A DNA stretch of 63,116 bases, filler included. It is 15 parts of 15 records of this genome, joined end to end, with 100 filler letters (N's around TTAATTAATTAA, not from the genome) between each part and the next. Parts side by side here need not be neighbours in the genome. Positions count along the whole stretch, not along the records: positions 23,287 to 28,762 come from SRR15195285_8137; positions 28,863 to 32,339 come from SRR15195285_8138; positions 32,440 to 35,990 come from SRR15195285_8140; 12 more parts are not named here. One strand, 5' to 3'. Every line of letters starts with the position of its first letter. Position 1 is the stretch's first letter. The notes beneath the pieces are model-generated. The model worked only from the letters and a program-made list of their open reading frames with translations. It ran no database searches and was not told where the DNA came from. A program made the position numbers and the translations under genes. This document shows positions 24,250-34,298 of this stretch, piece by piece.

Positions 24250-26118
24250 TTAGGCACCAGCGCTAGTCGTCACCTGTACTGGCGCGAGGAGTGCTGCATA
24301 GAGCCCACCATGCACGCGTACCTGATGCCGCATTACTGGCCGCAAAGTCTCGGCAACTTGCATGACCTCCGTGCAGACCGTAGCCAAGTTGTTTTTGGTC
24401 ATCCACATCTTCGCGCGAGCTGAGGCAGTACCATCTCGTTGCGGCTTCTGCGCGACATTTGTAGGCGCCCGCTCCTGTGCCCCCGATCCTGGCACTAGCA
24501 CTGTACCACCCGAGGCCATGGTCAGTGGGGCAACAGGCACGGGTACAGCCGCAGCTGCATCCTCCTCCTCAACCGCAGCAAGGGCCTGGCGCAGCGCCTG
24601 CGTGACCCGAATCTTCATCAGAGCGAACACCTTGTTGGACTCGTCCGGCATGTTCCTGACCAGGGTTCGAAACATCTTTTGTTGCTTTTCACCGTACTCC
24701 AAGTTCTGATATGCCAGGGCGCCCTTCAGATGCGCCTCGATCGTCGCTATAATCTTGTCGAGCGGAGACTTAAAGCGCTCGGTCTCTTCCGCTGTTGGAG
24801 GGGTCTCGTTTTGCAACTCAGCCAGTACAGTCGCCTTGAGAGCAGCTAACTGCTGCGGCTCGAGGCCCTTTTTCCGTGCACCAGCAGTAGCAGCAGGCGC
24901 GGTGGCGGCAACCGAGGTGCAGGCATGGAGCCAGCCACAGCACAGCACAATAGCCTGCACTTGGTTCTGCGTTGAGTGCAACTGGCGAACATCAAGCGCC
25001 AGAGTCTCTGGGAGCTTGTCTGCGACCTTCGGCAGCGCAGTTGGTGACGTGACAAGGCCAACCAGCATCTCCTGCACGAGGTCCGGCACAGACAGCTGCT
25101 GCTTGCCTTCGCTGCGCTGTGCCACCGCCCAGCCTGTTGCGAATGCTGTGACGTTCGCCACCTGGCCGCGCGCTGCAAAGTTGTCTCGCTCGTAATCAGC
25201 TCCATGCGACGAGAGGTAGCCGGCCAAGAATGCTTCTTTGCTCTTCGCCGAATCCCTTCCAATTGTGTCGATTTTGTCCGATACGTAGACGAACGCGCGT
25301 GGCAGCAGCACAGTCCACAGCTGCGTGGTCGGCAGCGTCGCTAGCTCAGCAGCCATCTGCTGCAGCCACGCGTCCGTTGCCGGGTTCTCCGCCGGAGCCT
25401 CCAGGTCGCGCAGCCGCTCGATCATGAACTGCACCAGATTGCTTAGCTCCGACACCTGCAGCGCCTCGTTGTCGATCATCTGCTCGATCAAGTCGAGATC
25501 GATTCTAGCGACAATCTGAGCACGGAGATCTTCGCGGCTCGGAGTCAGCCCGATGATGCGCGATCGCAGATCACGCAAGGTCTTAACAAGCTGGCTCAGG
25601 TCCGGCGGAGACTCGGCCATCAGCTCAGCGAAGCGGTCCCAGTAAGCTTTCTTCCATGTCCGGGCTAGGCGTTCCTCTGCCTCGCTCCGCGGGGTCGGCA
25701 GCCCCTCGCCGCGCAGCATTAGCTTGTGTGCCGCAATCTCGTTCGCCGATACAGACGGGCCGACCGGCAGCTCCTCACGTTCCGGCACAGTCAGCGGTTC
25801 AACGGCTTTGTGGCCGCCCTTCGAAGGGGGCGACGCCTTCCCGAAGAACCCCTTTTTCATCGGCTTCTGCTTCTGCGCTTTTCTCTTCGCCCCGCGACCC
25901 GCTGTCGCCTCACCCTCCGCCGACTCCGGGCCAGTAGCAGCGCCGGCATCCTCACCGCCACCGCCGCCCCAGCCCAGCGCTGCACTCCGGCAGTAGATCG
26001 CGGTGGCTGCAAGCAGCAGCGCCGTCCCCAGCACCGCACTCGCGCTGCTGTTGTGCCCAGCCGTCGCCGCCGCGCCGAGCAGCGATATCTCAGCCTCCAA
26101 GTGCGCCGGCTCTGCCAT
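24250..26118 (-). CDS. T-complex protein 11 (TCP11/Sok1) family protein
   Basis: KAYWD.F, IDLDLIEQ, L.DLEAPA, YERDNF and LPETLALD..QL motifs; 622-aa ORF. Confidence 0.85.
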   Translation of the reverse strand: MAEPAHLEAEISLLGAAATAGHNSSASAVLGTALLLAATAIYCRSAALGWGGGGGEDAGAATGPESAEGEATAGRGAKRKAQKQKPMKKGFFGKASPPSKGGHKAVEPLTVPEREELPVGPSVSANEIAAHKLMLRGEGLPTPRSEAEERLARTWKKAYWDRFAELMAESPPDLSQLVKTLRDLRSRIIGLTPSREDLRAQIVARIDLDLIEQMIDNEALQVSELSNLVQFMIERLRDLEAPAENPATDAWLQQMAAELATLPTTQLWTVLLPRAFVYVSDKIDTIGRDSAKSKEAFLAGYLSSHGADYERDNFAARGQVANVTAFATGWAVAQRSEGKQQLSVPDLVQEMLVGLVTSPTALPKVADKLPETLALDVRQLHSTQNQVQAIVLCCGWLHACTSVAATAPAATAGARKKGLEPQQLAALKATVLAELQNETPPTAEETERFKSPLDKIIATIEAHLKGALAYQNLEYGEKQQKMFRTLVRNMPDESNKVFALMKIRVTQALRQALAAVEEEDAAAAVPVPVAPLTMASGGTVLVPGSGAQERAPTNVAQKPQRDGTASARAKMWMTKNNLATVCTEVMQVAETLRPVMRHQVRVHGGLYAALLAPVQVTTSAGA

Positions 26119-27156
26119 GCCAGCCCGGTCCTGCTACGGTGGGTGCGCCAGGGGGGCGATAGTGTGTACACACACACTGTGTGTGCGCTGCGCTCTTCCG
26201 CTGACGGACGCGAGGAGGGCGCACCACAATACCGTCTACACAGTACAACAAAGGCAGCTTGCGTCTCTGCAGGCGGCGTTTGGCAGACCCGTAGTGATAC
26301 CACGGCCGGAGCGACAGACCCTCACCAGCGCCGAACTCTGTGCCAGCTGACGCTGACGCTCTTCCGCTGATGCACCAGACGCGAGGAGGGCGCGCCACGA
26401 TACCAAACGAACCACCTTGCGTCTCTGCAGCAGCCACCTGTCGATAGGCCCGTACAGTGCAGTAGGCGGGCGGGTGGGGCGATCGTCCCCAGCGACGCGC
26501 TCTTCAAGAGCACGGCCACGGCCACGGCCCGGAGCTTCCGTTGGTGGTCCGCCGCCCAGAACTCGTATTCAATAGTATAAACTTCTGATGACTTGTATAT
26601 CATTATCTATAAAAGATTTGCAATTTGATGCATTGCAAACACGAGTTCCTGCTCGGGGATCACGGCCGTTGACACCGCCGGGCTCAGTGGAGGCCACGGG
26701 AAGTTATCCAGAAATCCTCCGCGCGGGCGAGCCGGGATGGACCCTTGGAACATACGTAGTATCTATCAAAGTATCATATACAGGTATCGGAAGTATCTTA
26801 CAATCTATCAATTGTATCAAGTATGTACATATAGGGCGCCGCCGGTCCGCCGGAACTTCTGTCCCCCACGGGTTCACGAACGTGCCCACGCGAGTGCCCA
26901 GGTTCGCGCGAATTTCAAGCAGTGATCAATAGCAAGTCGTACTTGTTTCCATGTGACACTGCGTATGTTTGACTTTTTTATACTGCATACATAATTCCAA
27001 TCTTTAACTCCCCCATCAATCCTACGAGTTTTCGGTACCCTGCTGCTGCAGTTCGTTCCCGGCCGCGCGCGCGCGCCGCCGGCGCTCCCGCGCCGGCGGG
27101 CTGCTGCTAGCACTGTGAACTAGGTAGCATACATCGATAGCTGCCACTCTACGGGA

Positions 27157-28700
27157 ATGTGCGGCGGATCGCGAGAAGAGGCCAGGCGGGCGAGGCCACC
27201 GGCCCTCCCACCGCCCTCCTCCGGCTATGTGCTACTTGCCGCACCCTCCGGCAGTGTGCTCTCCTGCAGCAGTCGGCGTACGGGCTGTAGAAAGAACGGG
27301 ACGACGGATCATCGAGAGGAGGGTACAGGTGTTTCGCTGGAGCTGCGACCGCGGGCAACAGACGCCGCCATGTGGATCCCAGAGGATGCGAACGGGGTGT
27401 CCCTATGTTATGAGGATGTACGAACTCCACAGAATCCTTGGCTTGAGCTCTGATCGCATTTGGATTGGAACCCAGTCATATTGTGGTTGCGCTCGAGGCG
27501 CCGTTGGCCCACAGCCAGCTCCTGGACTCAGTATCGACAGACAGTATCGGCATTCTAGAGGAGCCGTTGACATGCCTGCTGCCTGCTGAAGGTTTGTATT
27601 CACCGGAGCAGGTGCAAGCAGCTGTGAGGTTCCGGAGCGCTGCCGTTGGTAGCGGATCAAGTAAGGTGCTGTGGACGCGAGCTTATCAGGACGAGGTTGC
27701 GCCGACAGCCACGACGATCTGCGTGCATCTATCTGCGGACGGCGGGGAGCGGGTGCTCTGCGAAGCTGGCTCCAGCTGGGGGGCTGCTGACCCGCTGGTT
27801 GACGTCTCTCGCACGGACGCGGGACCAGAGGCCGTGTTCACAGCTCAGATTGGGCCCATGCGCTTGCCAAGTGAGCACCTGAACGAGCTCCGCGAGAGCG
27901 GTTTCACTAAGCTGCGTGCCGTGCCGATAGCGGAGATCGCGTCGATCAAGTCCGTCCTCAAGCAACGAATGGAAAGCCTGATCACACAGCGCGAGGCTGC
28001 CGGGGTACAAATCTCTGGGCAAGGGCGCATTCAAGAGTTCAACCTGAGCGAGGACGAGGACGTGTTCCGTCTGGTGGAAAGAAATCCCTTTTTCGCACGC
28101 CTTCACGCGAACCCGGTGATGCTCCACCTGCTTGAGGCCTTCACTGGCGGCCCGGTGCGTGCGGCGCATCCGCCGTCGACGCGCATCACAATGCCACAGA
28201 ACGGCGACCTCGGGCCCGGTGGTGGGTGGTAAGTTTTTATGGCCTGTGCGTTGGGCTCCACATGTCCGTTCTAATCCTCTGACAGATGATAATTTCCCCT
28301 TGCCGCAATCACAACAGGCACTGCGATACTCCTTACAACAACGCGAAATTTCGGGATTGGCAGCGTGACTCTGGGAGCGATGACTTTCCCGACGTGCACA
28401 AACCCCTTGGGGTGCAGTGCAACCTCTGCGTGGACGAGTACACTGCCGAGAACGGTGGGACGATGTTTGTGCCGAACAGCTGGGCTCTGGGTCGCCAGCC
28501 GCCGGTGCATTTCAATGATGGCATGCCATCAGCACCACGTGATGCACGGCAGATGTTGGCTCCCGCCGGCACCCTCTTGATGTACCACGCGGCAACATAC
28601 CACAGATTACACGTCAACGTCAGTGATCAGCCACGGATTGGGGTCCTCCAGTCGTTCGTTCCCGACTTTATCCGCGAGCTCGCTGGCGCACGAGCTCACA
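27157..28700 (+). CDS. Phytanoyl-CoA dioxygenase (PhyH) family protein; 5' exon structure uncertain, 3' probably truncated; intron 28230-28317
   Basis: Spliced W|HCD iron motif, VDEYTAENGGTMFVPNS, APAGTLLMYHAATYH. Confidence 0.8.
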
Positions 28701-28725
28701 CTCACAGCAAAGCAGGTCAAAATTC

Positions 28726-28762
28726 TGCACGCCGTGCGCTAGCTACATGGTTGCATGAAACC
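28726..28762 (-). repeat. 37-bp repeat, right copy (inverted partner of 23287-23323)
   Basis: TGCACGCCGTGCGCTAGCTACATGGTTGCATGAAACC at the contig end. Confidence 0.95.
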
Positions 28763-29032
28763 NNNNNNNNNNNNNNNNNNNNNNNNNNNNNNNNNNNNNN
28801 NNNNNNTTAATTAATTAANNNNNNNNNNNNNNNNNNNNNNNNNNNNNNNNNNNNNNNNNNNNGCAGTCCCAAGGGTTCACCGGTCAATGTGTGTGTGTAC
28901 ACACACAGACAATCTGATCAAGAATTCCTCGACGAGTTCGTCAGGGACCGTGCACCATATCGCCCATCGTAGTACGTAGAGCTCCCGACCATACAGTTGA
29001 CTGTGAATAGTGCTCGCCCCGTTCCTTCAGCG

Positions 29033-31183
29033 ATGGGCGGCGGGGAGATGGCGATGGCGGAGAGCAGCAGCAGCGGCAGCAGCGGTGAGGAGGAGGAGGA
29101 GCTGCCGCCACCGCTTTTCCAGGCGGCGGATTACTACTTCGACGCACAGGAGCTGGACGGCAGCGACTCCACGGCGGCTGAGGCGCTCTACCAGCAGGCC
29201 ATCGCAGTGTGCGAAGCTGATGGGCTGATGATGCCTGCGATTCGTGCGGTGGGGTGCCCGCTGAGGCTGCCGGCGGTACCAGCTGTCGAGGCTGGGCGGA
29301 GTGCAGGGCAGCTGCCGCCGAGCGCGGTTCTGGTCAGCGCGGCGCACAACGCACTGGGCGAGTTGCTGCTGGACCGCACGCTCGCTGGCAGCGGCGGCCT
29401 CCAGGCACCAAGGGCAGAGTTTGAGGCGGCTCTACACTGGTGGCCGGACAATGCAGCGGCAGGGATCAGCCTCGCGACAATCGAGCGTGACAGCGGTCAT
29501 TTCACGGCGGCAGTGTCGCTCTTTGACCGTGTCGCCGCGCTGCCGTTGCCCAGCGCACCGTGTAGCGGTTCGGACGATGATGGCGCCGAGAGCGGCGACG
29601 ACGGCTGCGACGGTAGCAGCTGGGTGGAGAGCTGGGTAGCGCAGCCGCGTCGCTCCTGTGTGCCCGTGGCCAACATGATGTTGGCGCTGCTGCGCTCGCA
29701 GCTCGGCGACCACACCGCCGCGGTGCAGCCCATCCAACGATTTGGCTTCCAGCACCGTATCTCCCCCGCAGTTTGGAAGGCCGCGCACTCCCGTAATAAT
29801 GGTTCCTGTGCCACAGGCAGGACAAGCGCAGGCCTCAGGCGCATCGAGACGAACGATTCCAGCGGTCCCGCTCTGGCAGGGGACTGCCCCGTCCATCTGT
29901 ACAAAGACGTGGTGCCACCAGATATCTCTGCAATGCTGTCGCAGGCGTTGGCTCCTGGTGCAGCTTACTGGAAGGAGACAGGTTACGACACACGGGAGTA
30001 CTTTTCGTGGTTCATTGACCTGCGAGACCCTGACAAACCAAACGGCGTGGCCAAGGCCGCGCGCGCCGCGGACGCTGGCACTGGCGCTGATGCTGCTGAT
30101 AATGTCGTGGAGGAGCTGGTGCTTCGGTTAAGGCCGCTGGTGGAGAGAAGCTGCGGTCAGCGAATGGTAGGCGCAGAGTGGTGGACACACACCCGACCTA
30201 AGGGACGAAACGTCGGGCATCAGTTGCATTACGATCTTGAGGAGGGCATCCTCGAATCCCGAGGCGATATTGTGCACCCAGCGGTGTCATCGGTGATTTA
30301 CCTGAGCGGCAACGGCGCCGAAGGCGTTGGCGACAGCGAGGACGCGGCTGGTCCAACGTTGGTTCTGGACCAGCGGGTCGATGACACTCAGTTAGCTACA
30401 CGCAGCTGGCTGAGTCATCCAGCACAAGGTGCCATGCTCACTTTCCCTGGGGACCGACTGCACGGTGTGCTGCCAGGACGACCCAATGCCACAGCACGGG
30501 GACAGAACCCCGATAGGAAGAAGCGAGAGGACGTTGGTCTCGTTCGACGCACAGAGACTGAACGCCTGACGTTGATGATAGCTTGGTGGAGTGTTCCTAC
30601 TCGTGAGCTGCTCGCACGATCATCACCACCGTCGTCGCTAGTGTCAACCGTGAAGAGTTCTGCTGCAGCTGCTGGCTCAGCTGGCTTGAAAGGACGGCGG
30701 GAAAAGAGGCCGAACCAGGAAGCAATCACCGAGGTACAGGTAGACGCAGTTGGCGGCCACGGGGGTGGACGTGCAAAGCGACGGTTGCGTCGTCCATTGA
30801 TTGGACCGCAGGCTATCCTCCCAAAGAGGTGTACACGGCGCTTTACATTCCCAGCGCACTTCAAGAGAGAGCATTATGCTACGCAACTGCCGGATGTTGT
30901 GAAACTGAGCAGCATAGAAAACGGGCCAGTGCTGCCGGCAGAGCTGCCTGTGGTTCAGGTCGACCAGCCCTGGGAAACAATCGCAGGACTTCCCGAGCGC
31001 AGCCAGAAGAGAAAGCGCGAGTCCGATGGTGGCAATGTGCACGAGCATGAGCGAGGCGGGAGGCAGGGCAGCAGCCGACAGCTGGACATCCCCCACCACA
31101 TCGACCAGCGATTCTTCGTGATGGATGCTCAGACTGTCACGCGCCGCCTTTTTGCGGAGCACAGGGAGGAGGAGCACGCATGA
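29033..31183 (+). CDS. TPR-containing protein with 2OG-Fe(II) oxygenase-like domain
   Basis: TPR-like AHNALGELL/FEAAL..WPDNAAA; GAEWW, LHYD, SSVIYL, GPTLVLDQ and FPGDRLHGV (HxD...H triad). Confidence 0.65.
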   Translation: MGGGEMAMAESSSSGSSGEEEEELPPPLFQAADYYFDAQELDGSDSTAAEALYQQAIAVCEADGLMMPAIRAVGCPLRLPAVPAVEAGRSAGQLPPSAVLVSAAHNALGELLLDRTLAGSGGLQAPRAEFEAALHWWPDNAAAGISLATIERDSGHFTAAVSLFDRVAALPLPSAPCSGSDDDGAESGDDGCDGSSWVESWVAQPRRSCVPVANMMLALLRSQLGDHTAAVQPIQRFGFQHRISPAVWKAAHSRNNGSCATGRTSAGLRRIETNDSSGPALAGDCPVHLYKDVVPPDISAMLSQALAPGAAYWKETGYDTREYFSWFIDLRDPDKPNGVAKAARAADAGTGADAADNVVEELVLRLRPLVERSCGQRMVGAEWWTHTRPKGRNVGHQLHYDLEEGILESRGDIVHPAVSSVIYLSGNGAEGVGDSEDAAGPTLVLDQRVDDTQLATRSWLSHPAQGAMLTFPGDRLHGVLPGRPNATARGQNPDRKKREDVGLVRRTETERLTLMIAWWSVPTRELLARSSPPSSLVSTVKSSAAAAGSAGLKGRREKRPNQEAITEVQVDAVGGHGGGRAKRRLRRPLIGPQAILPKRCTRRFTFPAHFKREHYATQLPDVVKLSSIENGPVLPAELPVVQVDQPWETIAGLPERSQKRKRESDGGNVHEHERGGRQGSSRQLDIPHHIDQRFFVMDAQTVTRRLFAEHREEEHA

Positions 31184-31401
31184 GACTTTCCTGCGGCGAG
31201 TGGTTACACCAATGCAAGTCGTGGGAACCAAATTGCCCTGGAGTCCCATTTAGTTGACGTGCTACCTTCGTGTGTTCGGCAGCAGTACACCAGTCGTCGC
31301 GCACCGGCGACCACCCCAGCTGTGCCACGGAGCCACGGAAGAGACTCACACACCAGTTTTGTCGGGTACCCAAACTGCTCCTAGACGGGTCAGGTTCCGA
31401 G

Positions 31402-32304
31402 CTACAGCTCGGCCGGAAAGGTCGCGGCGACGAGAGGCAGCTTTGTCGGGCACTGCGCTTTGTAGACAGCGGTCAGAGCTTCCACCCCCCAGGCGTACAC
31501 CTCTCCGTTCTCGGCCAACACCTCCTGGTCCGCTCCTTTGCAGCTATGCACCGCCTGTGCCGCCGAGCACAGGCCGTACAGCGCACGGAGGTTGTTTCGG
31601 ATCTTAAGGTCCAGCGCCTGCGCAAAGTATTTGCGAGAAGTGACCAGCATGTCGCTGTTGCTAGTCGCCACTCCCTCGGTGTACAGCATCTCCGCATACC
31701 GGATGTGGTTCTGTGGGTTCTGGTGGTTCAGGGCGATAAGCTCCTCGTAGCAAAACAGCGCCTGCTTGTACCGGTGCTGCTCGGCGTAGAGCTTCCCGAG
31801 CTCGAGCCACGCGGACTGATCGCCGCACTGGTCCTCGAGATAGGCGTTGATGAGCTTGATCGCCTCCGGCACATTGCCCTTCGCACGCGCGATGCACGCC
31901 TGCCGCTTTCGCGCGACGGCGGACGTGGGGTCGTCCTGCAGGATGTCCTTGTAGACCTGCTCCGCGCGCGACCAGTCTCGCTTCGCCTCGGCGAGCAGGC
32001 CCTCGAGCCGCCGCACGCGCCGCGAGTCTTGGAACCTCGTCGACAGCTTCACAAGGCACTCCTCCGCGAGCGTGTACTTGTGGCAGTCCACGGCCGCGAC
32101 GCACACCTGCTCGTACACCGTCCACACCTCGTCCCCGAGCGAGCCCGCGCTCTTCAGCAGATCCTGGCCGTAGCGCACGACCACGTCCGAGCGCCTCGTC
32201 TTGTGCGTCCGCATGTGCTTGAGCGCCTCCCTCTTCTTCGCCCACGATCCCGCCGCCGCCCCCGCAAGCAGATCCTCCAGCTCCTTCGTCGTCGTCGTCG
32301 CCAT
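31402..32304 (-). CDS. EMC2: ER membrane protein complex subunit 2
   Basis: LGDEVWTVYEQVCVAAVD, F.DSRRVRRLEG, ARKR, AWLELG.LY, ALFCYEEL, SRKYFAQAL, NLRALYGL. Confidence 0.93.
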   Translation of the reverse strand: MATTTTKELEDLLAGAAAGSWAKKREALKHMRTHKTRRSDVVVRYGQDLLKSAGSLGDEVWTVYEQVCVAAVDCHKYTLAEECLVKLSTRFQDSRRVRRLEGLLAEAKRDWSRAEQVYKDILQDDPTSAVARKRQACIARAKGNVPEAIKLINAYLEDQCGDQSAWLELGKLYAEQHRYKQALFCYEELIALNHQNPQNHIRYAEMLYTEGVATSNSDMLVTSRKYFAQALDLKIRNNLRALYGLCSAAQAVHSCKGADQEVLAENGEVYAWGVEALTAVYKAQCPTKLPLVAATFPAEL

Positions 32305-32530
32305 CCCCTCCCCCCCCCCCGAGCACGCCCACACCGCCGNNNNNNNNNNNNNNNNNNNNNNNNNNNNNNNNNNNNNNNNNNNNTTAATTAATTAANNNNN
32401 NNNNNNNNNNNNNNNNNNNNNNNNNNNNNNNNNNNNNNNCACTTTGTTCTTTTCATTTTGATTTTAAAACTGAGTCAACAGCTAGCTAGATCAATTTCGA
32501 TCTATTTTCGTGGAGGCATCGCCTTTGCGC

Positions 32531-32597
32531 TTTGGCGGGACGCGCGTGGGTGCTTTCGTCACAGAACCTGATCATGACCCCCTGGGTGCGCGCCAAA
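32531..32597. promoter_or_regulatory. Two E2F-consensus sites upstream of the NADAR gene
   Basis: TTTGGCGG at 32531-32538 and GCGCGCCAAA at 32588-32597 (TTTGGCGC on the minus strand). Confidence 0.4.
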
Positions 32598-32852
32598 AAA
32601 TTTTTAAAGTCACGCGAGGCGTATGAAAATCAAAATCGAATCGATCGGTCGTCGCCACGCGGTCGCGCTCGCACGCCTGCAGGCCTACAGTAGGCGGCAC
32701 CGCGCGTGCTCTAGCTAGCGACCGAGGGAGCGAGGGGGGACGCGAAGGCAGCAAGGCACGAGCCAAACCAGGAGCGAGCCAGCAGCCAGGAGGAACTGGT
32801 GGCCGCCCTACGTGGAAGTGCTAGCCGCTCGGGCCACGAGCAGCAGATCGCC

Positions 32853-33875
32853 ATGCCGCGCGGCGGCAGCGCTGATGGCCCCAGTGCCTGCGTCATCGAC
32901 CTGTGTGGATCGTCGACCGAGGACGAGTTCGACGAGATGGAGCCGCGACAGCCAGTGAAAGGCGCTACGAAGGCTCTCAACAACCGAGAACTGGGCACGC
33001 GTCGCTTTGCTGCCATTCCCAGCACGATGCGCCGCACGCAGAGGAAAAGATCGGCGCCTGAGGAGAGTATGGGTGACGACGGGCGAGCCGCGCATTCCAA
33101 GCGGACGAAGCGGCCGTCGAAAACTCAGACGTCGCGCCAGCTGTCTGAGGGCAGTGCTGTCACCGTGCGTGGGCTCAAGGGCGCGCCGCAGGACAACGGC
33201 AAGCCTGGAACGCAGCTGAAATATATGTCGCTGGTGCAGCAGTACCAGTCGGCGAGCAATTCCTTCACTCCGTCAGCAACATTAGCGTTCGCCGCTGGGC
33301 ACTCCTCTCGCCTGTCGGCTTCCGCTGGGAAAAGCGCCAAGGGCCGCCGGGCAGCACAACCGCGGCGCAGGACGAGCAACGCAGCGGTCGCGATTCGGTT
33401 CTACAATTCACACGAGCCATTCTACGAGTTCTCGAACTTCTGGCCGTGTCAGGGGCTAATGATCGACGGCAAGCGCTATTCAACCACGGAACACTACTTT
33501 CAAGCACAGAAGTTTGCAGGTTACCCAGACCTTGTTGAGAAATGCCGCAAGCTGCCGACGGCACGCCAGTGCTTCAGGATGGTTCGCGACCGGAAGTACC
33601 TTCAATTCGTGCGTCGAGACTGGCACAGAGGTCAAACGCCAGTCAAAAATTACGTTATGGCAAAGGCGGTGGAAGTGAAATTCAAGCAGGATCGAAGGCT
33701 TATGGAGCTGCTTCTCAGCACGGGCTCGCGGACGATCATAGAACACACCGCGAAGGATGATTACTGGGGCGACGGTGGCGTGTCTGACTGGCGAATGGGC
33801 ATGCCGGGGAACCACCTGGGGCGGATACTTATGTCTCTGAGAGCCGATCTGCGTCGCCAAATGGAGCTTGCGTAG
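32853..33875 (+). CDS. NADAR/YbiA domain protein with basic disordered N-terminus
   Basis: FSNFW, TEHYFQAQKF, KFKQ...LLLSTG, EHT..DDYWGDG, NHLGRILM.LR. Confidence 0.9.
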   Translation: MPRGGSADGPSACVIDLCGSSTEDEFDEMEPRQPVKGATKALNNRELGTRRFAAIPSTMRRTQRKRSAPEESMGDDGRAAHSKRTKRPSKTQTSRQLSEGSAVTVRGLKGAPQDNGKPGTQLKYMSLVQQYQSASNSFTPSATLAFAAGHSSRLSASAGKSAKGRRAAQPRRRTSNAAVAIRFYNSHEPFYEFSNFWPCQGLMIDGKRYSTTEHYFQAQKFAGYPDLVEKCRKLPTARQCFRMVRDRKYLQFVRRDWHRGQTPVKNYVMAKAVEVKFKQDRRLMELLLSTGSRTIIEHTAKDDYWGDGGVSDWRMGMPGNHLGRILMSLRADLRRQMELA

Positions 33876-34298
33876 TCACGACTTGGGTGAGACGATCGAG
33901 GAGCCGAGCCTTTCCATGCATGCCAAAACTACCAAGTCTGCCACTATTGCTCCAACCCCATGATCGCGCCTCTCTTGCCGTGGGTACTAGAATGATACTG
34001 TGGGTTTGTTTTCAATGCGAATTTCCCTTGCAGAACTCTCACACCAAAGCCACTTTCATCGCCGCATGTTTTCGCTGTCGGTGAGCCACCCAGCAGACCG
34101 TACACGTCGAAGCACCCAGAATGATAGGTGAACCGGCGTAGCAGGCAGAGGCGGCGGGGTAGCGGATTCAGACGGGAGCACCACAATCCTGACACCTACG
34201 CCGTGATGGCAACGTCCGGGCAAGACGCCTCTGTGTGCTGAGCTCCTTGTTCGATTTGTCACACTTCTCAGCCACAACTTCCACACTGCACGGCTCGC

